Assembly: GCA_963720545.1 (NCBI GenBank)
Contig: OY970399.1
Coordinates: 3,040,001 to 3,104,000, forward strand
Direction: 5' to 3'
Length of the DNA: 64,000 bases
Source: an uncultured Acidobacteriota bacterium
Lineage (GTDB): Bacteria > Acidobacteriota > Vicinamibacteria > Fen-336
In this document: one piece after another, positions 36,861 to 45,508 of the stretch
Numbering within the stretch: the stretch's first letter is position 1
How the letters are laid out: each line of letters starts with the position of its first letter
Made by a program: the position numbers and the translations under genes
The notes under the pieces: model-generated
Told to the model about the DNA's origin: nothing
Seen by the model: only the letters and a program-made list of their open reading frames with translations
Database searches by the model: none

Positions 36861-39683
36861 CTAGAAGCGGAACGATGCGCCGAACTGCAGGCGGCGCGCG
36901 GGGTCGGCGGTGTTCGGCGTGCCGAAGTTCGCGTTCACGTCCGGCAGCGTCGGGATGAAGCCGTCGTAGCCGGTGAAGTTGTCCGAGTTGAACAGGTTGA
37001 AGACCTGCGCCGACAACTCGAACGCGCGGCGTTCGCCGAGGCGGAATTCCTTGTCGAGGCGCAGGTCGATGCTCTTGTAGGCCAGGGTCGCGTCGGGCCG
37101 GCCGGCATAGAGCAGGATCCGCTTGTCGTTGATGCTGCCGCCACGGCTGAAGTCGGAGATCGTGTAGCCGACACCGGAGGCGAGCTGCACGAACGCGCTG
37201 GCGCGGAAGCCGGCGGGCAGCTGGTAGATGCCGGTGGCGACGATGCGATGGCGCTCGTCCTGCGCCGTCGGATGGCGGGGATAGTCCGCCACCGTGATGT
37301 AGTCGAGGCTGAAGTCGTCGCCACCGATTTCCTGGGCCTTGCCGAGCGTGTACGTGAGCTGGGCCCCCCACTTCGAGGCCGCCGTGAACGGCTTTTCGAG
37401 CTGCAGCGAGCCGGCGTTGTACCAGGCCTTCTTGGTGTCGCTCGACAGCAGGATGTTGGAAAAGCCGGGGACTGCCTGGCAGCACTCGCCGTCGGGCCGG
37501 CGGTTGCCGAAGATGAACGTGAAGCCGTTCTTGCTGCGCACGCCCAGGTAGGACAGCGAGGCCACCACGTTGCCGAACTGGTGGCGCACACCCACCGTGA
37601 ACTGGTCGGAGACGGGCGGCTCCGTGTCGTTGTCGATCAGGAACATCTCGGGGTTGCCGGCGGTGCCGCTCGCCACGAGCCCGTCGAGTCCGGCCTTGCT
37701 GAGGTAGCTGTCGTTCCAGACGAGCGTCGGGTTGCCGTCGCGCGGCGCGCCATCGGCCGAGAAGCGGAACTGCAGCCGCGTGAACTGCAGCCGATAGCGC
37801 TCGTCGAGCCCCTGGTTGTAGAGCACGCGGTCGTAGTAACGGCCGATGCCGCCGAACAACACGGTCTTGCCGTCGCCCCGCAGATCGTAGGAGAAGCCGA
37901 TCCGCGGCTGGAACGCCTTCTTGAAACCGGGTCGATCGCTGCCATCGGTGAAGTAGCTCTCGGGCACGCCGACGGTACGCGCCGCCGCGATCACGTTGGC
38001 GGGGGTCACATAGTCGTTGTTGAGCTGGTTCGTCTCGTAGTCCCAGCGGATACCGGCGTTGATCGTGAGCCGCTGCGTGGCCCGCCAGTCGTCCTGGAGG
38101 TACAGGCCGTACTGGGTGTTCTTTGCGTCGAGATCGGGATTGCCGAATCCGTAGAAGGCCTCGAACGGGAACGCGAAGCCTTCGTTGGAGCGGAAGTTGA
38201 AGATCGGGTTGAACACCTGGAACTTGGTGACGCCGTAGCTGAGGCGGCTGAGCACCACGCCGCCCTTCACGGAGTGTTTCTCGAAGAAGCGGGTGAAGTC
38301 GTTGCGCAGCGAAAGGCGTTTCTGCACGAACAGCTGCTGGGTGTCGGCGCCGCCGAGACGGATGACACCCTGATAGTCGCGGCCGACAAGGTCGGGGTTG
38401 GTCGGCACGGTGTTCCAGCGGAAGCGCTGCCAGGTCAGTTGTGCCTCGTTGATCCAGCTGGAGCGGGTGGTCACGTGGCGGCCGGTGACCGTGTCGACGT
38501 CGGAGCTGAAGTCCGTGGCGCCCTCGAAGGCGCGCTCGCCATCGCCGAAATCCTTGATCTCGTTCTCGCGCCGGATGCTGTAGCTGACGTCCATGGTCTG
38601 GCCGGCGCCGGGCTGGTAGGTGAGCTTGCCGAAGCCGAGGTTCGACTTGAAGGTGCTCGGGAAGACGCCGAGGAACGACTGGTACTGGACCGGCGGCTCG
38701 GTGGTCGAACCGCCGCGGCGCACCGTACGCTCACGATCCTGCTTGTTGATTTCGTAGGTGGCGAAGAACGTCATCTTGTCCTTGACGATCGGCCCGCCGA
38801 TGCTGGCGCCGCCCTGGAACCGCTCATACTCCGGCTTCTCTTCGTTGCGTTCGCGCGCGATCGGGTTGAGGCCGACGAGCGCCTTGTCCTGGTAGAGCAG
38901 GAACACATCGCCGGTGACGAGGTTGCCGCCGCTCTTGGTGACGGCCGTGATCGCAGCACTCGAGGCCTTTTCGAACTCGGCCTTGAAGTTCTGGGTGAGC
39001 ACGCGGAATTCCTGCACCGCGTTTTGCGGAAACGGGTTGCCGCGGCTGCTGTCCTGCCCGACGACCCCGCCCTTGAGGATGTCGTTCTTGTAGCTGACGC
39101 CGTCGATGTAGACGTTGGTGTTGAAGCCGGGGAGAGCGCCGGAGGTCACCTCTTTGGTGGTGTCGGAGCTGGCGTTCACTTTCACGCCGGGGGCGAGTGC
39201 CGCGAAGTTGAGGAAGTTGCGGTCGTTCTGCGGCAGGTTGCGGATCTGCTCCGAGGTGACGTTCGTGGAAATGGTCGAGGTCCTGATGTCCACCGCCTGG
39301 TCGCCGACGACCGTGATGTTCTCCGCGTAGACGAGATCCGCGGTGAGCCGGAAGTCGAGGTCGAGGTCCTGGCCGACGAGGACGGTGAGGCGGCGGGATG
39401 CCGGCTTGTACTGCGGCATCTCCACCGTGATGTCGTAGCTCGCGGGCCGCAGGCCGGCGAGCACGAACGAGCCGTCGCTGCCGGACACGGCGCTGAAGGT
39501 GAACCCGCCGGTGACCTCCTTCGCGGTGATGGTGGCGCCGGGCAGGCCGCCGGTGTCGTCGAGGACAGTGCCACGGATGATGGCGCTCGTCGACTGTGCA
39601 AAACCCGACGGAGCAGCAGACAGAAGGATGAGGCACACGACTGCCGCGAGGCGATGCGGCCGGGACCGTTCGAGAACCATCAT
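36861..39683 (-). CDS. TonB-dependent receptor with N-terminal carboxypeptidase-regulatory-like domain
   Basis: GTVLD..G.LPGATIT, LP...RNFLNFAALAPGV, AVQEFRV, TKSGGN, YLQDDWR, PRIGFSYD, terminal FRF. Confidence 0.9.
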   Translation of the reverse strand: MMVLERSRPHRLAAVVCLILLSAAPSGFAQSTSAIIRGTVLDDTGGLPGATITAKEVTGGFTFSAVSGSDGSFVLAGLRPASYDITVEMPQYKPASRRLTVLVGQDLDLDFRLTADLVYAENITVVGDQAVDIRTSTISTNVTSEQIRNLPQNDRNFLNFAALAPGVKVNASSDTTKEVTSGALPGFNTNVYIDGVSYKNDILKGGVVGQDSSRGNPFPQNAVQEFRVLTQNFKAEFEKASSAAITAVTKSGGNLVTGDVFLLYQDKALVGLNPIARERNEEKPEYERFQGGASIGGPIVKDKMTFFATYEINKQDRERTVRRGGSTTEPPVQYQSFLGVFPSTFKSNLGFGKLTYQPGAGQTMDVSYSIRRENEIKDFGDGERAFEGATDFSSDVDTVTGRHVTTRSSWINEAQLTWQRFRWNTVPTNPDLVGRDYQGVIRLGGADTQQLFVQKRLSLRNDFTRFFEKHSVKGGVVLSRLSYGVTKFQVFNPIFNFRSNEGFAFPFEAFYGFGNPDLDAKNTQYGLYLQDDWRATQRLTINAGIRWDYETNQLNNDYVTPANVIAAARTVGVPESYFTDGSDRPGFKKAFQPRIGFSYDLRGDGKTVLFGGIGRYYDRVLYNQGLDERYRLQFTRLQFRFSADGAPRDGNPTLVWNDSYLSKAGLDGLVASGTAGNPEMFLIDNDTEPPVSDQFTVGVRHQFGNVVASLSYLGVRSKNGFTFIFGNRRPDGECCQAVPGFSNILLSSDTKKAWYNAGSLQLEKPFTAASKWGAQLTYTLGKAQEIGGDDFSLDYITVADYPRHPTAQDERHRIVATGIYQLPAGFRASAFVQLASGVGYTISDFSRGGSINDKRILLYAGRPDATLAYKSIDLRLDKEFRLGERRAFELSAQVFNLFNSDNFTGYDGFIPTLPDVNANFGTPNTADPARRLQFGASFRF

Positions 39684-39716
39684 GGGAACCTCCCCGAGAG
39701 CTCGTCGGAAAAGGAC

Positions 39717-39772
39717 GGTAAAACGATTGATGCGCCGGAAAAAGCTTCGACTCAGGCAAGCGGCATTGTCAA
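39717..39772 (-). promoter_or_regulatory. Putative sigma70 promoter and LacI-type operator of the glucan locus
   Basis: TTGACA (39772-39767), 18 nt, GAAGCT; LacI-like site TAAAACGATTGA (39719-39730) between promoter and receptor start. Confidence 0.45.
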
Positions 39773-39807
39773 GGGAAAGGTGCATGCCGTGGTTTACACT
39801 TGCAGCC

Positions 39808-40836
39808 GTGGCCGCCAAGCCAGTCACGCTGAAATTCCTGGCGGAGCATCTCGACCTCTCGCCGGCGACGATCTCGCTCGTCATCAACCGCGCGCCGGCC
39901 GGCCGCTCGATACCCAGGGCCACTCACGACCGGGTGCTCGCCGCCGCGCGCGAATTCAACTACCGGCCGAACACGCTGGCGCGCTCGCTGCGGCAGCAGC
40001 GCAGCTTCACCATCGGCGTCATCGTTCCCGAGATCAGCGAGGGCTACACGGCGCTCGTCGTCGGCGGCATCGAGGACCACCTGCTGAACGAGGGGTTCCT
40101 CTACTTCATCGCGAGCCACCGCCACCGCGCCGACCTCATCGCCGAGTCGCCGAGCCTGATGATGGGACGCTCGGTCGAGGGCCTGATCGTCGTCGACACG
40201 CTGGTGAGCGAAGTGCAGCCGGTGCCGGTCGTCGCAGTCTCGGGCCACGGCGGCGCCGACGGCGTCACCAACATCGTGCTCGACCATGCGCTGGCCGCGA
40301 CGCTGGCCCTCGAGCACCTTCACGGCCTCGGCCACCGGCGCATCGCGTTCATCAAGGGCCAGGAGTTCAGCTCCGACACCGAGGAACGCTGGCAGGCGAT
40401 CGCCGCCGCCGCCGCCGCCCGCGGGCTGGCGGTCGACCCGCGCCTGGTCCAGCAGCTGGTCGGCAATTCGCCCTCGCCGGAACTCGGTGAGATCGCAACC
40501 GCGCAGCTGCTCGCGGAGCGCGTCCCGTTCACGGCGCTCTTCGCCTTCAACGACATCTCCGCGATCGGCGCCATCCGCGCGCTGCGTTTGGCCGGGCTGC
40601 GCGTGCCGCAGGACGTGTCGGTGGTGGGCTTCGACGACATCGCGAGCGCCGCCTTCCAGAACCCGAGCCTCACCACCGTCCGCCAGCCGCTGCGGCACAT
40701 GGGAATGGTGGCCGCGCAGACGTTGCTGCAGCGCATCGCGGCGCCGGCCCCGGCGCCTTATCCACGGCTGCTGACGGTCGAACCCGAGCTGGTGGCGCGC
40801 GAGTCGACCGGCCCGGCCGCGAGCGCGTCACGCTGA
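39808..40836 (+). CDS. LacI family transcriptional regulator
   Basis: TLKFLAEHLDLSPATISLVIN HTH, YRPNTLARSL, FNDISAIG, VPQDVSVVGFDD, LTTVRQP. Confidence 0.93.
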   Translation: MAAKPVTLKFLAEHLDLSPATISLVINRAPAGRSIPRATHDRVLAAAREFNYRPNTLARSLRQQRSFTIGVIVPEISEGYTALVVGGIEDHLLNEGFLYFIASHRHRADLIAESPSLMMGRSVEGLIVVDTLVSEVQPVPVVAVSGHGGADGVTNIVLDHALAATLALEHLHGLGHRRIAFIKGQEFSSDTEERWQAIAAAAAARGLAVDPRLVQQLVGNSPSPELGEIATAQLLAERVPFTALFAFNDISAIGAIRALRLAGLRVPQDVSVVGFDDIASAAFQNPSLTTVRQPLRHMGMVAAQTLLQRIAAPAPAPYPRLLTVEPELVARESTGPAASASR

Positions 40837-40862
40837 GCGCGAGCCAGACGCCGGGAGCGTCC

Positions 40863-41999
40863 TTGCCGCTGCCGTGGTCGCTTCTCGTGCACGCCGCCTT
40901 CATCCTCTCCGGTGTGCTCACCACGTTCCTCGGCCCCGCGCTGCCGACGCTGCAGGCGCGCTTCGCCCTGGACGACGCGCAGTCGGGGTCGCTGTTCGGC
41001 GCGCAGTTCGCCGGCGCCACCCTTGCCACCAGCGCCGCCGGCGCCTTGATGGCGCGCTTCGGCGGCGGCGCCGCCATCGCCTGCGGTCTCACGCTCGTGG
41101 CCGCGGCGCTCGGCGCCTTGCAGCTTGGCACGCTCGCGGTCGCACGCCCGGCGCTGTTCCTGCTGGGGGCCGGCCTCGGCTTCGCCACGCCCACCGTCAA
41201 CCTGTGGGCGGCGGCGCAGGTGAGCGGCCGCGAGAAGGTGGCGGTGCTCAACAGCATCAATCTCGCCTGGGGACTCGGCGCCGCGCTGTGCCCGCTCGTG
41301 GTGCGCGCGAGCCAGGCGGCAGCGGGCGGCTTCAGCCTGTTCCTCATCGTTTTCGCCACGGCCAGCCTCGGCCTTGCCGCCGCCGCGCTTGTTGTCCTGC
41401 CGAAAGGCCGCATGGTCGAGCCGCAGAGCAGCGGCACCCGCGCATCGGTGCTGGCGGTGGTCGTGCCATTCGCGCTCTTCCTTTTCCTGTACGTCGGCGT
41501 AGAGACTTCGGTCGGCGGCTGGGCCGCGACCTACGCGAAGCGCGACTGGGGCGGCGCCTGGTTCCTGGCGCCGGTCGTCTTCTGGATCGGCATGCTCGGC
41601 GGCCGCGGCATGGCGGCGCGGTGGGGGCGCCGCTTCGAGGAGCGCCGCATACTCCGCAGCGGTGCGCTGCTGGCCGCAGCCGGTATCGCAGCGTGGGCGG
41701 CGCTCCCGGCCGCATGGACGCTGCCGCTCGTTCTTGTCATCGGCCTCGGCCTGGCGCCGCTCTATCCCACGGGAGTCGCGGTGTTCGCGGAACGCCTCGG
41801 CGCCGCCGGCATGGCTGCCGCCGGTCCGGTGTTCGCCCTCTCCGGACTCGGCGGCGCGGCCATCCCGTGGCTCGTCGGCATCGCCTCGGCCCACTTCGGC
41901 GCGCTGCAGGCAGGACTTTGCGTGGTCCTCGCCGCCGCCCTCGCCGTGCTGGCGCTCACCTGGGCGGCGTTCAACGTCGCCGGCGCCGCGAAGCGCTAA
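40863..41999 (+). CDS. MFS transporter (TsgA/fucose-permease-like, probable sugar)
   Basis: About 12 TM segments; GPALPTL, FLYVGVE...GGW, GLAPLYP. Confidence 0.75.
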   Translation: MPLPWSLLVHAAFILSGVLTTFLGPALPTLQARFALDDAQSGSLFGAQFAGATLATSAAGALMARFGGGAAIACGLTLVAAALGALQLGTLAVARPALFLLGAGLGFATPTVNLWAAAQVSGREKVAVLNSINLAWGLGAALCPLVVRASQAAAGGFSLFLIVFATASLGLAAAALVVLPKGRMVEPQSSGTRASVLAVVVPFALFLFLYVGVETSVGGWAATYAKRDWGGAWFLAPVVFWIGMLGGRGMAARWGRRFEERRILRSGALLAAAGIAAWAALPAAWTLPLVLVIGLGLAPLYPTGVAVFAERLGAAGMAAAGPVFALSGLGGAAIPWLVGIASAHFGALQAGLCVVLAAALAVLALTWAAFNVAGAAKR

Positions 42000-42003
42000 C
42001 GAT

Positions 42004-42555
42004 TCAGGACCGCGGGGTTTCGCGGTCGGTCAGGACTGGCAGGAACGGCACCCACGGACCGACTTCCTCCTTGTACTGCTTCGCCATGACGCGCGCCGCC
42101 TGGGCGAGGTGGCCGAGGTCGTGGACCACCCAGGCACTGAGCAGCTGCCGCAGGTTCACGCGGCCGAGGCTCGGATGGTCGGCGGGACGTTCGAGGTCGG
42201 CGTCGCCGAGCTGCCATGAGGCGAGCACTTCCAGGTTCGCCGTGCGCAGCTCCGCGAATTCGGCGAGCAGGGAAGCGAGCGAGCGTTCGCGGTTGCGCTG
42301 GCGGTGGCGGAAGCGGTCGTAGGGTTCGAAGCGCGGCGGCTCTCGGCCGGCGACGGCCTCACGAATGAGCCGCGCGCGCGGGAGCCAGTCGGTCTCTTCA
42401 CCGTCGATCAGGTGGCCGACGACGTCGAAGGCGCTGAAGGTGTCGGGGCCTTCGCAGCCGCGAACCCATTCCCCGCCGAGCCCGCCGAGCAGCGCCTGCA
42501 GGCTGGCGGGCGTACGCTGCAGCAGCGCAACGGCTTCGGCCACGACGAACCTCAC
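42004..42555 (-). CDS. DinB family protein
   Basis: LQRTPASL, FSAFDVVGHLIDGEETDW, WVVHDLGHLAQ; GTG overlaps the upstream TGA. Confidence 0.85.
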   Translation of the reverse strand: MRFVVAEAVALLQRTPASLQALLGGLGGEWVRGCEGPDTFSAFDVVGHLIDGEETDWLPRARLIREAVAGREPPRFEPYDRFRHRQRNRERSLASLLAEFAELRTANLEVLASWQLGDADLERPADHPSLGRVNLRQLLSAWVVHDLGHLAQAARVMAKQYKEEVGPWVPFLPVLTDRETPRS

Positions 42556-42887
42556 TGGAGCGGCTTCAGCAAGCGCTGTGGCGCGACGTTGCGCCAGGCC
42601 GCGGTCAGCGCCACGCGCACGCTCGCCGCCTTCGCGCGCTTCAGCAGCACGACAGTGAAGCCGGATGCGCCCCACTTGCCGGCGGCGGGCGAGTACACGT
42701 CCGGCTCCTCGGCCATCACCGCTTCCTGCTGATCCGGCGTCAGCTTGAGGCCGCCGTAGCCGGGCCGCGGATAGCCGAGGCTTGCGAACACCTTGCCGCC
42801 GACGCGAAAGTCGGGGTGTCCCTGGTGCGCCGCGCCGGTTGTCTCGGGCAGGCTGAGCGCCAGTCGGCGAAAGGCATCGGCGGTCAT
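42552..42887 (-). CDS. MmcQ/YjbR family protein
   Basis: FRRLALSLPET...HPDFRVGGKVFA...WGASGFT. Confidence 0.85.
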   Translation of the reverse strand: MTADAFRRLALSLPETTGAAHQGHPDFRVGGKVFASLGYPRPGYGGLKLTPDQQEAVMAEEPDVYSPAAGKWGASGFTVVLLKRAKAASVRVALTAAWRNVAPQRLLKPLQ

Positions 42888-42965
42888 GTCGGGTTGGTGG
42901 CAGTGTAGCCCGAGACGCCATAACATCCCGCCTGTTCCCACATGCAGCCGAAGGAGATTGTTCAC

Positions 42966-44357
42966 ATGACGATCCGCAAGCGCACCCGCGCGCTCAGTGC
43001 CCTGCTGCTCCTGGCGATGGCGCCACTGGTCTTCCCGGCGGCGCCGAAGAAGGCCGCGGCGACGGCACCGAGCGGGCCCGAGATGCTGCCGCCGCTGCGC
43101 GAGCAGACCGAGATGCGCCAGGAATGGCTGAAGCTGCGGCTCGAGCGGGTGCTGCCGGCGCTGATGCGCAAGCACGGCGTCGCCATGTGGATTGTCGTCT
43201 GCCGCGAGTACAACGAGGATCCCGCGTGGTTCTCGCTCGCCTCGCCGTGGGTGATGCACGCGCGCCGCCGCACCATCCTGTTGTTCTACGACCGCGGCGG
43301 CGACCAGGGCATCGAGCGGCTGGCGCTCGGCGGCGGCTCGAACGGCGGCCTCTACGAGATCTACCGCGATCCCGAAGCGTCGGGCCGCGAGCTCTATGGC
43401 CAGGGCCAGTGGCAGACGCTGCGCAAGGTGGTCGACGAGCGCAAGCCGAAGAACATCGCGCTCGACATCTCGCAGACGCATGCGTTCTCCGACGGTCTAT
43501 CGGTGGGCGAGTGGGAGCAGCTCGCGGCGGCGCTCGGCCCGTGGACCGCGAAGGTGGTGCGCGCCGAGGAACTGCCGCTCGAGTACATCGAAACGCGCAT
43601 CCCGGAAATGCTGCCGACCTACAAGAAGATGATGGCGATCGTGCATGCGCTGATCGCGCGCGCGTTCTCGAACGAGGTCATCACTCCGGGCAAGACAACG
43701 AACGTGGACGTCGAGTGGTGGCTGCGCCAGCACGTCAACGACCTGGGCCTCGGCGAGTGGTTCCCGCCGTCCGTCAACATCCAGCGTCCCGCGAAGGGCG
43801 CCGGCGCGTTCGGCGCGACCGCCGAGCACCAGGCGACCGTGATCGAGCGCGGCGACCACCTGCACACCGACTTCGGGATCTACCAGATGGGCCTCGCGAC
43901 CGACACGCAGCACGTGGGCTACGTGCTGAAGGCGGGCGAGACCGACGCGCCGGCGGGCCTGAAGCAGGCCTTGCTCAATTCGAACAGGATGCAGGACATG
44001 GCGGTGGCGCGGCTCAAGCCCGGCCTCTCGGGCAACGACGTGCTGCTCGCGGTGCTCGCCGACATGAAGGCTGCCGGCATCGAGGGCAGCATGTATTCGC
44101 ATCCCATCGGCGACCACGGCCACGGCGCCGGGCCGATGATCGGCTTGTGGGACCGGCAGGAACCGATTCCCGGACGCGGCGAAGTGGCGGTGCTGCCGAA
44201 CTCCTGGTACTCGATCGAACTGCAGGCGACCACCGCGGTGCCGGAGTGGAACGGCCAGCGTGTGTCGTCGCAGCAGGAAGAGGACGTCTCGATCGATGCG
44301 GACGGCAAGGTCTCGTGGGTCCTGGAGCGGCAGACCAGATACCACCTGGTCAAATAG
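42966..44357 (+). CDS. Exported M24 family metallopeptidase (Xaa-Pro aminopeptidase-like)
   Basis: Signal peptide; GDHLHTDFG, TDTQ, HPIG.HGHGAG, SIEL, EED; AAGGAG SD. Confidence 0.85.
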   Translation: MTIRKRTRALSALLLLAMAPLVFPAAPKKAAATAPSGPEMLPPLREQTEMRQEWLKLRLERVLPALMRKHGVAMWIVVCREYNEDPAWFSLASPWVMHARRRTILLFYDRGGDQGIERLALGGGSNGGLYEIYRDPEASGRELYGQGQWQTLRKVVDERKPKNIALDISQTHAFSDGLSVGEWEQLAAALGPWTAKVVRAEELPLEYIETRIPEMLPTYKKMMAIVHALIARAFSNEVITPGKTTNVDVEWWLRQHVNDLGLGEWFPPSVNIQRPAKGAGAFGATAEHQATVIERGDHLHTDFGIYQMGLATDTQHVGYVLKAGETDAPAGLKQALLNSNRMQDMAVARLKPGLSGNDVLLAVLADMKAAGIEGSMYSHPIGDHGHGAGPMIGLWDRQEPIPGRGEVAVLPNSWYSIELQATTAVPEWNGQRVSSQQEEDVSIDADGKVSWVLERQTRYHLVK

Positions 44358-44402
44358 CGAAAGAGTCGTGAGTTGTTAAAGGCGACACGCTGCATTTTCG
44401 CC

Positions 44403-44431
44403 TTGACGCGCGGGAGGGTGCGGCCGATATT
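44403..44431 (+). promoter_or_regulatory. Putative sigma70 promoter for an intergenic RNA
   Basis: TTGACG (44403-44408), 17 nt, GATATT (44426-44431). Confidence 0.6.
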
Positions 44432-44437
44432 GAACTG

Positions 44438-44645
44438 ACGGCGCCGCATCGTACGGAAGTGAGGTTTGATGGAGGGTACTCCGCCGGGCCGTAACTAGCG
44501 GCGAGCGATCGCCGCACCGCACAAACCGTCGATACAGGGAAGCGAACAAAGGACGCGCGTGCAACGCGCGCCGGCCCACCGCGTCTGAGGTTCGGGCCAA
44601 AACAAGACGTGAAAAGGCCAGGTCTTTTCGACCTGGCCTTTTTTT
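44438..44645 (+). ncRNA. Candidate structured non-coding RNA (~205 nt), family not recognised
   Basis: No credible ORF; bounded by promoter and intrinsic terminator; several hairpins (one with a GCGA GNRA loop), a long-range helix and a predicted H-type pseudoknot at 44573-44610. Confidence 0.6.
44612..44645 (+). terminator. Rho-independent terminator, probably bidirectional
   Basis: AAAA-GGCCAGGTC-TTTTC-GACCTGGCC-TTTTTTT. Confidence 0.88.
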
Positions 44646-44650
44646 AGCTG

Positions 44651-44707
44651 TCGACGGATGGGTAGCCATCGACGGATGGGCTGTCTCGTCCCCGTCCCAT
44701 CCGTCGA
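44651..44707. repeat. 12-mer present twice in direct and once in inverted orientation
   Basis: TCGACGGATGGG at 44651-44662 and 44669-44680; CCCATCCGTCGA at 44696-44707. Confidence 0.8.
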
Positions 44708-44718
44708 ATTCCGTTGTC

Positions 44719-44818
44719 CGTTCCCCGAGCGCTTGCGACAACGTTCGGTCGTTTCGTTCTCCGAGCGCTTGCGACAAGGTTCGTTAGGTTCGTTCCCCAG
44801 GCGCTTGCGACAACGTTA
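44719..44818. repeat. Three tandem 36-nt repeats immediately downstream of the RRM gene stop
   Basis: Units start at 44719, 44755 and 44791; invariant core GCGCTTGCGACAA within a ~28-nt conserved block, plus 8 variable nt. Confidence 0.88.
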
Positions 44819-45508
44819 TTCGTCGTAATCGTCGGTATCGTCTTCGACGGCCGCCTTGGGACGCTTGCGATCGAAGGTGCGGCCGCCCTCGTCGCGCTTG
44901 CGCTTCTCGAAGTCGCGGCCGGTCTTGTTGCCGCCGCCGCTCGAGCGGCGCTTCTGGCTGGCAGCGGTGCGCGCGTTGAAGTCGGGCGCGTCGGACGCCG
45001 AGGGTCCGGTGCCGAAGGGCCGCGGCGAGAACGGACGCTGGCCATAACCGGCGCCGCCACCGCCGCCACCAGGACGCTGGCCGTAACCACCGCCCCCACC
45101 GCCCGGCCGCTGTCCATATCCACCGGCACCGCCACCGCCGCCAGGGCGCTGACCGTAGCCGCCGCCGCCACCGCCGCCGGGACGCGGACCGCGGTCGCGC
45201 GCACCGCCGAAGTCGCCGCGCGGTGCGAAGCTGCCAGGGGCTCCGCCCTCGGGACGCGGCGGGCGGTTCTCGGCGAGGTTGACGCGCAGCGGACGACCGC
45301 GCAGGTCGGTGCCGTTCAGCATGTCGATGCTCTTCTCGGCCGCTTCGCGCTCCTGGAATTCGACGAACGCGAATCCGCGCGGACGCCCCGTTGCGCGATC
45401 GGTGGGAATCTTCGCGTCGAGGACTGTCCCTGCGGCACCGAAAGCCGTGAGCAGCTCCTCACGGGTTACTTCGTAGCTGAGGTTTCCGACGAAAACCTTG
45501 TTCGAAAT
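44816..45508 (-). CDS. RRM-domain RNA-binding protein with Gly-rich GYGQRP repeats; probable AUU start
   Basis: RNP2 VFVGNL, RNP1 RGFAFVEF, LNGTDLRGRPLRVNLA; four GYGQRP repeats in poly-Gly; ATT codon 6 nt after a GAGAGG SD. Confidence 0.88.
   Translation of the reverse strand: MSNKVFVGNLSYEVTREELLTAFGAAGTVLDAKIPTDRATGRPRGFAFVEFQEREAAEKSIDMLNGTDLRGRPLRVNLAENRPPRPEGGAPGSFAPRGDFGGARDRGPRPGGGGGGGYGQRPGGGGGAGGYGQRPGGGGGGYGQRPGGGGGGAGYGQRPFSPRPFGTGPSASDAPDFNARTAASQKRRSSGGGNKTGRDFEKRKRDEGGRTFDRKRPKAAVEDDTDDYDE

Noticed and set aside
44469..44498. Nine-codon ORF MEGTPPGRN inside the candidate ncRNA
   Set aside because: SD spacing is short, it lies within predicted helices and has no attenuator-type codon bias; cannot be supported without conservation data.
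44438..44645. tmRNA, RNase P RNA, SRP RNA, 6S RNA or a known riboswitch
   Set aside because: No tRNA-like ends or tag ORF, no GAGGAAAGUCC, no SRP GGAA loop motif, not a single long rod, and no downstream same-strand gene. Judged by eye only; an Rfam search is still needed.
44719..44818. CRISPR array
   Set aside because: Variable segments are only about 8 nt and mutually similar, there are only three units, and no cas genes are in the window.
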